The notes beneath the pieces were generated by a model. That model was given only the letters and a program-made list of their open reading frames with translations. It did not search any database and had not been told where the DNA came from. A stretch of 64,000 bases of DNA from an uncultured Gemmatimonadales bacterium. Its GTDB lineage: Bacteria > Gemmatimonadota > Gemmatimonadetes > Longimicrobiales > RSA9. Shown here in pieces: positions 38,437-47,105 of the stretch (the stretch's first letter is position 1; every line of letters begins with the position of its first letter). A program made the position numbers and the translations under genes. The stretch covers positions 5,280,001 through 5,344,000 of the forward strand of contig OY970192.1 of assembly GCA_963708135.1 (NCBI GenBank), in the 5' to 3' direction.

Positions 38437-40095
38437 ATGAATACCGGAGCTCGCATCGTGAAAGCGCTACGCGCTACTCGTGCTGCCCGCCATCTTCCTG
38501 GCGGAATGGCTTCACGGGCCGCGCTCGTCGCGGGCTTCGTCGTCGCGAGCGGCTGCGCGCTGAACCCGGCCACCGGCAAGAATCAGCTCATGCTGGTGAG
38601 CGAGTCTCAGGAAATCGCAATGGGGCGGCAGGCCGACACCGCGGTGATTGCGACCATCGGGCTCTACCCGGATGCCGCCTGGCAGAGCTACATCCAGCAG
38701 CTCGGCGCCCGCCTCGCCGCCACCTCTGAGCGCCCCAACCTGCCCTGGACGTTCCGGGTCGTGGACGACCCGGCGGTGAACGCCTTCGCCCTGCCCGGCG
38801 GCTTCGTCTACGTAACGCGGGGGCTGCTCACCCACGTCACCAACGAGGCGGAGCTGGCCTCCGTCGTCGGGCACGAGATCGGTCACGTCACGGCCCGGCA
38901 CACGGCCGCCGAGATGAGCAAGCAGCAGCTCATCGGGCTGGGTCTCGCCGTCGGCAGCATCGCGAGCTCCGAGGTGGCGAAGTACGCGGGCACCGCGAAT
39001 CAGGCGCTCGGGATCCTGTATCTGAAGTTCTCCCGCGACGACGAGAGCCAGGCCGACCAGCTCGGCCTGCGCTACATGCGTCGCGCCAACTTCGATCCGC
39101 GCGAGATGCCCAGGGTGTTCAGCATGCTCGACCGGCTGAGCGCGGCGCAGGGCGGCAGCCGGCTCCCCACCTGGCTCGATACGCACCCCAGCCCCGCGAA
39201 CCGCATCACCGCCATCGGCACACAGATCGCCGCGCTGCCCCAGGACTTCTCCGGCACCGTCGTGAATCGGGACTCGTACGAGCGGCGGCTCGACGGCCTG
39301 GTGTTCGGCGTCAATCCGCGCCAGGGCTATTTCGCGGGCAGCCAGTTCTTTCACCCGGACCTGCGGTTCGCGGTGACGTTCCCCGACGGCTGGACCACGA
39401 ACAACGGGGCGCAGGCGGTGGTGGCGGTCAGCCCGCAGGGAGACGCCGTGGTGGAGCTTTCGCAGGCGCAGGATCAGAGTGCGGACGCCGCCGCCCGCGC
39501 CTTCCTGTCACTGCAGGGGATCACCGGCGGCTCTTCCACCCGTGTGAGCCTGAGCGGCGGGCTTGCGGGCGTCGGCACGCCCTTCGTGGCGGCGACCAGC
39601 AACGGCAACCTCAGAGGCACCGTCCTGTTCGTGGAGTACGGCGGCGGGGTGTACCGCCTCCTGGGCTACGCCACGGAATCAAGCTGGGCGGCCAACCAGG
39701 CGGCGGCGGTGCGCGCGCTGCAGAGCTTCCGGCCGCTGACCGACCTCGCGGTGCTGAACGCGCAACCGCAGCGCGTGACCACCGTGCAGATCAGCCAGCG
39801 CACCACGATCGAAGCACTGCTGCGGCAACGGGCTTCGCCCGTGTCCGGTGAGACACTGGCGCTCATCAACCAGGTCGAGTTGCAGACGCCCATCGAGGCA
39901 GGCCAGCTCATCAAGTGGATCGTGGGATCACCCTTGCCCAACACCACCGATTCGAGTGGAGGGCCCGAATCAGAGTCTCGAGCGCGAGCCTCCACACGAC
40001 GTGGCGCGGCGCCCACCGCATTCCACGAGACGACGCAGCATTCTCAGACATCCTCGGACATCAACCAGTGGGAGGGAAGATGCTGTGGACCATAG
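38437..40095 (+). CDS. M48-family zinc metalloprotease lipoprotein
   Basis: ASGC lipobox followed by ALNPATG, NAFALPGG, GHEIGHV, SRDDESQAD and THP. Start may be 38506. Confidence 0.88.
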   Translation: MNTGARIVKALRATRAARHLPGGMASRAALVAGFVVASGCALNPATGKNQLMLVSESQEIAMGRQADTAVIATIGLYPDAAWQSYIQQLGARLAATSERPNLPWTFRVVDDPAVNAFALPGGFVYVTRGLLTHVTNEAELASVVGHEIGHVTARHTAAEMSKQQLIGLGLAVGSIASSEVAKYAGTANQALGILYLKFSRDDESQADQLGLRYMRRANFDPREMPRVFSMLDRLSAAQGGSRLPTWLDTHPSPANRITAIGTQIAALPQDFSGTVVNRDSYERRLDGLVFGVNPRQGYFAGSQFFHPDLRFAVTFPDGWTTNNGAQAVVAVSPQGDAVVELSQAQDQSADAAARAFLSLQGITGGSSTRVSLSGGLAGVGTPFVAATSNGNLRGTVLFVEYGGGVYRLLGYATESSWAANQAAAVRALQSFRPLTDLAVLNAQPQRVTTVQISQRTTIEALLRQRASPVSGETLALINQVELQTPIEAGQLIKWIVGSPLPNTTDSSGGPESESRARASTRRGAAPTAFHETTQHSQTSSDINQWEGRCCGP

Positions 40096-40226
40096 CTGTA
40101 ATCCTTATCGTCCTGTGGGTGCTCGGTCTGGTCACGTCGTATACCATGGGGGGGCTCATTCACGTCCTCCTGGTCATCGCGATCGTCGTGATCCTGATCC
40201 GTGTCATTCAAGGGCGCCGGATCTAG
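40080..40226 (+). CDS. lmo0937-family (DUF5670) small membrane protein
   Basis: MLWTIAVILIVLWVLGLVTSYTMGGLIHVLLVIAIVVILIRVIQGRRI; GGAGGG RBS. Confidence 0.88.
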   Translation: MLWTIAVILIVLWVLGLVTSYTMGGLIHVLLVIAIVVILIRVIQGRRI

Positions 40227-40412
40227 CGGCGCGTTCGGCGCTGGTCGCCACGAAGCCGGCGGCCGGCCCGGAACGCCCTCCGCGCAACTCGCCCTCTGAC
40301 GAGCACGAGGGCCGGCGTGCACACCACTCTTTTGACCTGAAACGGAGCACCATTGACCCACCGGGACAACCCACATGAGGACGCCACCGCCCCTCCTTCG
40401 ACGGAGTCAACC

Positions 40413-40766
40413 ATGCGTATGCAAGATCTGCTCAACCGCCTGCCTCTGGCCGGAATGGTCGCCATCGGGCTGCTCTGCGCAGCCGTGGCGCCGCTCGCGG
40501 CTCAGCAAGCTCAACATCTGGCGCCAGCGGCGCAGGTGAGCGCGGCAGAAGCGAGCGCCCCGACACCGAGCGCCACGACGCCGAGCGCCACACTTCCCGG
40601 CCCGCGTGCCTCCGCTCCTCGCTTCCAGCTCGAGGGGCCAATCGTCCCGCAGAGCGACGCGCTGCCAAACTCAGCCCCTGTGCCTGCCGGCGGCCATACC
40701 ATCGTGATTTCGACCCTCGCGCTGGTCCTGGCCGTCATCATCATCACCGTACTGGTCGTGAAGTAG
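40413..40766 (+). CDS. Hypothetical exported protein with C-terminal TM anchor
   Basis: Signal peptide, Pro/Ala/Thr linker, and terminal TIVISTLALVLAVIIITVLVVK. Confidence 0.6.
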   Translation: MRMQDLLNRLPLAGMVAIGLLCAAVAPLAAQQAQHLAPAAQVSAAEASAPTPSATTPSATLPGPRASAPRFQLEGPIVPQSDALPNSAPVPAGGHTIVISTLALVLAVIIITVLVVK

Positions 40767-40794
40767 CCCAACCTGATACGCAGGGAACGAGATG

Positions 40795-40831
40795 GGGCCG
40801 CCAGGCGCTTCGCCTGGCGGCCCGCGTTTTT
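40795..40831 (+). terminator. Rho-independent terminator
   Basis: GGGCCGCCAGGCG-CTT-CGCCTGGCGGCCC 13-bp stem followed by GCGTTTTT. Confidence 0.65.
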
Positions 40832-40864
40832 CCAGACCTCGTGGGCAACAAGGGGGAAGCCAGA

Positions 40865-41089
40865 ATGAGCGGACTCAAGATTGGCGCGATCATCCTGATC
40901 GTCGCGGGCATCTTCGGCCTGGTATACGGTCAGTTCAGCTACAACAGGAACACCAGCCACATGCGCGTCGGCCCAATGGCGGTCTCCGTCACGGAGCGGC
41001 GGACCGTGAACGTCCCGGTCTGGGCGGGCGTAGGAGCGATCGTGGCGGGCTCGGTCGTGCTCCTGGTCCTGGCACGCCAGAAGCGATGA
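40865..41089 (+). CDS. Small two-TM membrane protein
   Basis: KIGAIILIVAGIFGLVYGQFSY...GP...RTVNVPVWAGVGAIVAG. Confidence 0.7.
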   Translation: MSGLKIGAIILIVAGIFGLVYGQFSYNRNTSHMRVGPMAVSVTERRTVNVPVWAGVGAIVAGSVVLLVLARQKR

Positions 41090-41271
41090 CGCTCGTGACT
41101 CACCGCTGAGCTGAGGTGGGCCCGTACGGTCTTTCCTCCCTCCACCCGCCTCATCGCTCGTTCCGTGAATCGCGGCTTCCCGGCCGCATGTCCGCGGCGG
41201 CGCACCCTTGACGCGTGCCGCCCCGCCGCCGACAACTGATGGCAGCGCGCACTGGGGCGCCTCCTGTCCGC

Positions 41272-41367
41272 GGCAAGGGAATCCTGCCACCCAGCCGGTC
41301 CGTGAAGCAGCCGTCACGGCCTTTCTCCTGCCCCCGCTCAGCGGACCTCGGGCACACGGGAGGAAGG
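41272..41367 (+). promoter_or_regulatory. Candidate structured 5' leader sequestering the RBS
   Basis: Three hairpins; CCUUUCUCC-UGCCC pairs with GGGCA..GGGAGGAAGG, which ends 5 nt before the ATG at 41373. Confidence 0.45.
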
Positions 41368-41372
41368 TGGCC

Positions 41373-42100
41373 ATGAGCGAGCAGCTCCCCACTCTATCGC
41401 GGCCGCCCCGGCGCACCGTCGATAGTCTCCGCAAGGAAGCCAAGCGATGGCTCGCGGCGCTCCGCGGCGACCCGGCGGCGCGCGAACGCCTCCAGCGTGC
41501 GCTCGGCGCGGCCCCCGCGCCGGGCCTGCCATGCGGACTTACGTGCAGCTCGACCTCGGCAAGCGCCGCGTGGGCTCCGAGGGCGAGGCAGAGATCACGC
41601 TCGACAATGCGCGCGACCTCGTGGCGCTCGAGCACGGCTTTGAGAGCTGGGACGAGCTGACCGCCTTCACACAAGCCGCCCCGGCGCGCGGCGAAGCCGG
41701 TGAGCCTGGCGGCATCCGCCGACGAGCACGAGGAGCCGCGCACCATCGTCGGGTCCCGCGACTGGGACGTCGTGGTCCGCGCCCTGGCCGCCGAGCCGTC
41801 GGCCCGCCTCGTGGCCCGCGGGCAGATGACGGACAATGTGCTCGCCGGCGTCGTCGCCATCGAGGCCGTCACGGCACTCGACTTCGGCGGCTCGAAGGCG
41901 CTTACCGACGAGGGCCTGCGCGAGCTCGGCAGCCTGCCCGGGCCCAGGCACCTCAATGTGAGCCGCAGCGCGATCACGCTGAACCTCTCGTGGACGCCCT
42001 CGGGCGACGGCGCCATTCGCGCGCTCGCGGGCAAGCCGAGTCGCCCAGGACACCACGGCCGGCGACGAGGGCTTCACCGCCCTCGCCCGCTCGCGCACCG
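41373..42100 (+). pseudogene. Frameshifted/deleted remnant of a leucine-rich-repeat protein with an 'LRKEAKRWL' N-terminal domain
   Basis: Protein-like blocks in three frames: VDSLRKEAKRWLAALR; ITLDNARDLVALEHGFESWDEL; GQMTD..L..LDFGGSKALTDEGL..L..L..LNLSWT (LRR). Confidence 0.6.
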
Positions 42101-42250
42101 CCGAGTGCGGCCGGCCGCGGCATCACGCCCGCGCTGGTGGCGGCGTTCCCGCCGGCCGTGGCGGTATCGGTGGGAGGATAGCGGTCGGGCGCGCGCGCAG
42201 CGCCGCCGCGGCGCGGCCCTGGTCGGGTTCCCCTCGCTCGAGGCGGCGAG

Positions 42251-42622
42251 CTACGGCGCCACGAACGGCAGCCCGGCCGCAGCGGCACGGATCGCATCGA
42301 GTACCTGGTGCTCACCGGCGTTGTCGATGAAGCGCTCGTAGTCGAAGACAATGTAGCCGTGCAGCCGCGCGGGGTCCGCCAGGATCAGCACCTTCACGTC
42401 GGGGTGGCGCTTGCGCAACGCGCGCGCGAGCCCGGCCGCCCACGTTTCGTTCGCATCGATGAGCACCACGTTCGCCCGCTTCGGCGCCAGCAGCGCCGTG
42501 ATCTCCTCGATCCGCCCGCCGCCGCAGCCGATCAGCTCCAGCTCCGGCGTCGTGCCGAGGCGGGCGAGCGCCTCCTCAATGCTCTTGGGCAGCCCGACCA
42601 GGATGGCTCGGATCGGAATCGT
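42251..42622 (-). CDS. Stand-alone degenerate receiver-like protein lacking a canonical start codon
   Basis: Open frame IPIRAILVG...NVVLID...LRKRHPDVKVLIL...VLDAIRAAAAG. GGAG is followed by ACG/ATT; no ATG/GTG/TTG between the upstream TAG and 42469. Confidence 0.5.
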   Translation of the reverse strand, partial: TIPIRAILVGLPKSIEEALARLGTTPELELIGCGGGRIEEITALLAPKRANVVLIDANETWAAGLARALRKRHPDVKVLILADPARLHGYIVFDYERFIDNAGEHQVLDAIRAAAAGLPFVAP

Positions 42623-42725
42623 GGCGGCTCCGCGGATGCGAGGTGCTCCAAGAATGCGCAGCCGCGGGCGGCGGAGAATGGATCGTTGGGCGGAAATTCG
42701 GATGCAGCGTGCGGGGCGCCAGATC

Positions 42726-42741
42726 TAGATCCGAGGATCTA
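42726..42741. promoter_or_regulatory. 7-2-7 palindrome, NarL-type box
   Basis: TAGATCC-GA-GGATCTA perfect inverted repeat at the regulator's stop codon. Confidence 0.55.
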
Positions 42742-43389
42742 ACTGACTCCCGCCCGCCGGCGCCGGTGCGCCACGGCGATGGCGGCGGCGCGGCGCGACA
42801 CGCCGAGCTTCTCGAAGATGTTGTGGACGTGATTCTTGACGGTGGCGACCTCGATGTAGAGGCGGCGACCGATCTCCTTGTTCGAGCAACCCTGCTCGAT
42901 GAGGTCGAAGACCTCGGCCTCGCGCGAGGTGAGGAGGCTGGCGACGGCGTCGCGGGGCTCGGGATGGTTGCGCAGCGCGGCGAACATGATGGCGCCGAGG
43001 CGGGGGGAGCACGGCAGCTCGTCGCGGGCGACGCCGTCGACGACGGCGAGCAGCTCCTCGCCGGTGGCGCTGCGAGGCACGACGCCGCGGGCGCCGGCGC
43101 GGGCGCAGGCGACGACGTCGGCCTCGCTCTCGGGGACGCCGAAGGCGATGACGCGAGCCTGGGGCAGGAGGGCGAGGATACGACGCACGACGTCGGTTTC
43201 GCAGACGAGGGGGGCATCGGCGAGGACGATGTCGGGGCGGGCATCGGCGAGCCAGGCGAGCTCCCAGTCCTGTCGGCGGCTGCTGCCGACGATGCACAGC
43301 GCGGCGCTGGAGCCGAGCGTCTGGGCGAGCGCATCACGGTAGAGGCGGACGCGCGTGACGATGGCGACGGCGAGGGTGCGAGAGGACAT
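42739..43389 (-). CDS. NarL/LuxR-family regulator with atypical receiver, divergent from the eCIS
   Basis: LTSREAEVFDLIEQGCSNKEI...TVKNHVHNIFEKL; the receiver lacks the N-terminal acidic pair. Confidence 0.88.
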   Translation of the reverse strand: MSSRTLAVAIVTRVRLYRDALAQTLGSSAALCIVGSSRRQDWELAWLADARPDIVLADAPLVCETDVVRRILALLPQARVIAFGVPESEADVVACARAGARGVVPRSATGEELLAVVDGVARDELPCSPRLGAIMFAALRNHPEPRDAVASLLTSREAEVFDLIEQGCSNKEIGRRLYIEVATVKNHVHNIFEKLGVSRRAAAIAVAHRRRRAGVS

Positions 43390-43818
43390 GGGCCAGTGGG
43401 CCGGGACGGCCGCGGCGTCGTCCGGAGGGTTGGAGAAGCGCCTCTGGACGCCCTGCGCCGAGCGTCCACGCCCGCCGTGAGCAGCAGGCGCTGAAGCCAA
43501 AAGATAAGTGCGGCCCGCGCGACCGCAAAGGGCCAGGGCGGAAGGGGGAGGGGGCTTCTGGGCCTAGATCCTACGGTGCATCCAAGTCCCGACCAACGGT
43601 TCATTCCGGGGCGGGCGGCCGAGGGGAAGATTAGCGGTGCGTCCGAGCAGCAGGGGTCGGCCAGTCGGTTCCCCGGGCGATCCCATCCGTCGCTTTCGCG
43701 GCCGCGCGACGGCCGGTTTCACTCCGGTCGCGCGTGGGCGCGCGTCTCCACCGGCACCCCCGGCAGCGGGCGGGCCGCCGATTCGTTGGTTCCGGATCCA
43801 GGCAGCGCGGAGGAAGAC

Positions 43819-44214
43819 ATGGCCGAGACGGTGAACTGGACGGTCAGCGTGCAGGTGCCCGCGGGTCCGCGGCTGGCGCAGTCGGGCGCGTTGACAGTGG
43901 ACGCGTACGACAAGGTGGACGTGTCAGTAGCGGACGGGGACGCGGACCTGGAGGTACAGATCCAGCCCGGCGGCGCGGGGCAGGTGCAGGTGCTGGTGGT
44001 GGCGACGGATCGGCCGAGCGCGGACCTGAGCTACAAGGTGAACGACGCGGCGGCGAAGCCGATCACGCTGGACCAGCCCGTCCACGCGTATCTCGGGGCG
44101 GGTCCCGTGGCGCTGCTGGATGCGGCCTCGGGGCCGAACAGCCTGTTGTTCACGAACGCGAGCGGCCAGACGGCCGTGATCCAGGTGCTGGTGGGCCGGA
44201 TGGCGACGGCATGA
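43819..44214 (+). CDS. Hypothetical beta-rich protein, first gene of the eCIS operon
   Basis: GGAGGAAG RBS; MAETVNWTVSVQV...AYDKVDV...LLFTN...IQVLVGR. Confidence 0.7.
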   Translation: MAETVNWTVSVQVPAGPRLAQSGALTVDAYDKVDVSVADGDADLEVQIQPGGAGQVQVLVVATDRPSADLSYKVNDAAAKPITLDQPVHAYLGAGPVALLDAASGPNSLLFTNASGQTAVIQVLVGRMATA

Positions 44215-44254
44215 GGCCGGACCGGACGGAGCCCACGATGCGGAGGAGGGTGGC

Positions 44255-45829
44255 ATGCCGGTGACCGTCACGTTCCCGGGGGTCTACATCGACGAGCTGC
44301 CGAGCTCGGTCCGCACGATCAGCGGGGTGAGCACGTCGGTGACGGGGTTCATCGGGCGGGCGCGGCGCGGTCCGGCCGATCGCGCGACCGTGATCCACGG
44401 GTTCGCCGACTTCGAGCGCCTCTTCGGCGGGCTGTGGGGGCAGAGCGCGCTGAGCTACGCGGTGCGGCAGTACTTCCTGAATGGCGGCGCGACCGCGGTG
44501 ATCGTGCGCGTGCACGGCGGGGCGACGGCGGCGTCGCTGGACCTGGGCAACGGCGTGACGCTGGACGCGGCGAACCCGGGCGCGTGGGGCGCCGAGCTGC
44601 GGGCGCGGGTCGACCACGCCACGAGCGACCCGTCGGACGCGACGCTGTTCAACCTGTCGGTGAAGGACCTGGGCACCGGCACGGTGGAGGTCCATCGCAA
44701 CCTGAGCACGGACTCGGCGTCGCCGCGCTTCGCGACGCAGGTGCTGGCGGACGAGTCGTCGCTCGTGGTGGTGACGGCGCTGCCGGGGCAGCCGCCGGAG
44801 ACACCGGCGCCCGCGGCGGGCGCGACGCCGTTCGAGGACGGCCCGTCCGGCCAGCTCTCGAACGCCATCGTCGCGACGGGCGGCGCGGACGATGCCGGGG
44901 CGCTGCCGGACAACGCGGTGCTCGGGGGCGCCGGGCCGCCGAAGACGGGGCTGAACGCCTTCGACGAGACGGAGGACCTGAACCTCCTGGTGGTGCCGCC
45001 GTACGATACGACCGGCTTCGACGGGGACGTGAGTGCGCAGGTGCGTACGGCGGCGCTGGTGTACGCGCGGCAGCGGCGCGCGGTGCTGCTCGTGGACCCG
45101 CCGAGCGGGTGGAACGACGTGAGCGATCCGACGAGCGGCGGGAGCGGGGTGGACAGCATCGCGTTCGGGCTGGCGCGCGACGCCAACGCGGCGCTGTACT
45201 TCCCGCGGGTGCGGGCGCCGGACCCGTTGCAGGACGGGCGGCTGGCGGACTTCGCGCCGAGCGGCGCGGTGGCGGGGGTGATCGCGCGCATCGACGCGGA
45301 GCGCGGGGTGTGGAAGGCGGCGGCGGGGACGGAGGCGACGCTGATCGGCGTGAGCGGGCTGAGCGTGGCGCTCACGGACGCGGAGAACGGGCAGCTGAAC
45401 CCGCAGGGGATCAACTGCCTGCGGGCGCTGCCGGGCGCGGGGCGGGTGGTGTGGGGCGCGCGCACGTTGCGGGGCGCGGACCGCCTGGCGGATCAGTGGA
45501 AGTACCTGCCGGTGCGGCGCACGGCGCTGTTCATCGAGGAGAGCCTGTACCGCGGCACGAGCTGGGTGGTGTTCGAGCCGAACGACGAATCGCTCTGGTC
45601 GCAGATCCGGCTGAACGTGGGCGCGTTCATGAACAACCTGTTCCGGCAGGGCGCGTTCCAGGGGACCACGCCGCGCGAGGCGTACTTCGTCAAGTGCGAC
45701 GGCGAGACGACGACGCAGAACGACATCAACCTGGGGATCGTCAACATCCTGGTGGGCTTCGCGCCGCTGAAGCCCGCCGAGTTCGTGATCATCCACATCA
45801 TGCAGCTGGCCGGTCAGGTGGCCACGTGA
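44255..45829 (+). CDS. Contractile tail sheath protein (Afp2/3/4-like)
   Basis: PGVYIDE, TGFIG, RGVWKAAAG, LNPQGINCLR, WGARTL, WKYLPVRR, WVVFEPN and APLKPAEFV. Confidence 0.95.
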   Translation: MPVTVTFPGVYIDELPSSVRTISGVSTSVTGFIGRARRGPADRATVIHGFADFERLFGGLWGQSALSYAVRQYFLNGGATAVIVRVHGGATAASLDLGNGVTLDAANPGAWGAELRARVDHATSDPSDATLFNLSVKDLGTGTVEVHRNLSTDSASPRFATQVLADESSLVVVTALPGQPPETPAPAAGATPFEDGPSGQLSNAIVATGGADDAGALPDNAVLGGAGPPKTGLNAFDETEDLNLLVVPPYDTTGFDGDVSAQVRTAALVYARQRRAVLLVDPPSGWNDVSDPTSGGSGVDSIAFGLARDANAALYFPRVRAPDPLQDGRLADFAPSGAVAGVIARIDAERGVWKAAAGTEATLIGVSGLSVALTDAENGQLNPQGINCLRALPGAGRVVWGARTLRGADRLADQWKYLPVRRTALFIEESLYRGTSWVVFEPNDESLWSQIRLNVGAFMNNLFRQGAFQGTTPREAYFVKCDGETTTQNDINLGIVNILVGFAPLKPAEFVIIHIMQLAGQVAT

Positions 45830-45845
45830 GCTCGGGGGGCAGCCC

Positions 45846-46367
45846 ATGCCAAGCTTCAGCGTGAACAGCAGCCGGTTCGACCCGTACAAGAACTTCAAGT
45901 TCCGGGTGAAGTGGGACGGCCGCTACGTGGCGGGGATCAGCAAGGTCGGCTCGCTGAAGCGCAGCACGACGCCGATCGAGCACCGCGAGGGCGGCGATCC
46001 GAGCATCGTGCGCAAATCGCCGGGGCAGACGAAATACGAGCCGATCACGCTCGAGCGCGGGGTGACGCACGACACCGAGTTCGAGAAGTGGGCGAACAAG
46101 GTGTGGAACTTCGGCTCCGGGCTGGGCGCGGAGGTCTCGCTGAAGGATTTCCGCAAGGACATCCTCATCGAGGTCTACAACGAGGCGGGCCAGCTCGCGC
46201 TCGCCTACAAGGTGTTCCGCTGCTGGGTCTCCGAGTACCAGGCGCTGCCGGACCTGGATGCGAGCGCCGGCGCCATCGCCATCCAGACGATCAAGCTGGA
46301 GAACGAGGGCTGGGAGCGCGACTACGACGTGGCGGAGCCGGCCGAGCCGAGCTTCACCGAGCCGTGA
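45846..46367 (+). CDS. Tail tube protein (T4 gp19 / Afp1/5-like)
   Basis: DPYKNFKFRV, REGGD, PGQTKYEPITLERGVT and IKLENEGWER. Confidence 0.93.
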   Translation: MPSFSVNSSRFDPYKNFKFRVKWDGRYVAGISKVGSLKRSTTPIEHREGGDPSIVRKSPGQTKYEPITLERGVTHDTEFEKWANKVWNFGSGLGAEVSLKDFRKDILIEVYNEAGQLALAYKVFRCWVSEYQALPDLDASAGAIAIQTIKLENEGWERDYDVAEPAEPSFTEP

Positions 46368-46370
46368 TCC

Positions 46371-47105
46371 ATGCCGCTGCCGACCGAGCGCCAGCTGCTC
46401 GATCTGTGGGAGCGCGGCTCCGCGGCGCCGTCGGCGGCTCGCGCCGACGCGCTCCTCGCGCTCGCCGCCCCGGAGGCCGCGCCGGAGGCGCTGGCGGCGC
46501 TGCCGCTGGGGGAGCGCGAGCGCGCGCTGCTCGAGCTGCGCCGCTCGCTCCTCGGCCCGCGCATGGCCGCGCTCGCCAGTTGCCCGCATTGCGGCGAGCG
46601 GCACGATGTCGAATTCGACATCGATCGCCTGCTCGCCGAGTTCTCCGCGCCCGCGCCCGCCGCCGTGCCGCTCCGGCACGGTGACCTCGCGCTGACCCTC
46701 CGCCCCCTCACCGTCGGCGACTACCAGGAGGCGGCGCGGCTGTCGGATGCGGCGGCCGTGGCGGATGCGCTGAGCGCGCGCTCCGTCATCGACGCGCACC
46801 GCGGCGAGGAGGCGCTCGACGCGGCCGCACTGCCCGCCGACGCCCGCGCCGCGGCGGCGGCCGCGCTCGCGGCGGCGGACCCGCTGTGCCAGCTCACGAC
46901 CCAGCTCGAGTGCGCCGCGTGCGGCGCGCGCTGGGCCGCCGAGCTGGACACCGCCGCCTACCTCTGGAACGAGCTGCACGCCTGGGCCGGGCGCCTCATG
47001 CGCGATGTGCACACCCTCGCCGCGGCGTACGGCTGGACCGAGGACGACGTGCTGCGGCTGAGCCCCTGGCGGCGCGCCGCGTACGTCTCGCTGGCGGGGG
47101 GCTGA
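46371..47105 (+). CDS. eCIS baseplate/assembly-chaperone-like protein with two CxxC motifs
   Basis: CPHC and CAAC; C-terminal DVHTLAAAYGWTEDDVLRLSPWRR. Confidence 0.75.
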   Translation: MPLPTERQLLDLWERGSAAPSAARADALLALAAPEAAPEALAALPLGERERALLELRRSLLGPRMAALASCPHCGERHDVEFDIDRLLAEFSAPAPAAVPLRHGDLALTLRPLTVGDYQEAARLSDAAAVADALSARSVIDAHRGEEALDAAALPADARAAAAAALAAADPLCQLTTQLECAACGARWAAELDTAAYLWNELHAWAGRLMRDVHTLAAAYGWTEDDVLRLSPWRRAAYVSLAGG

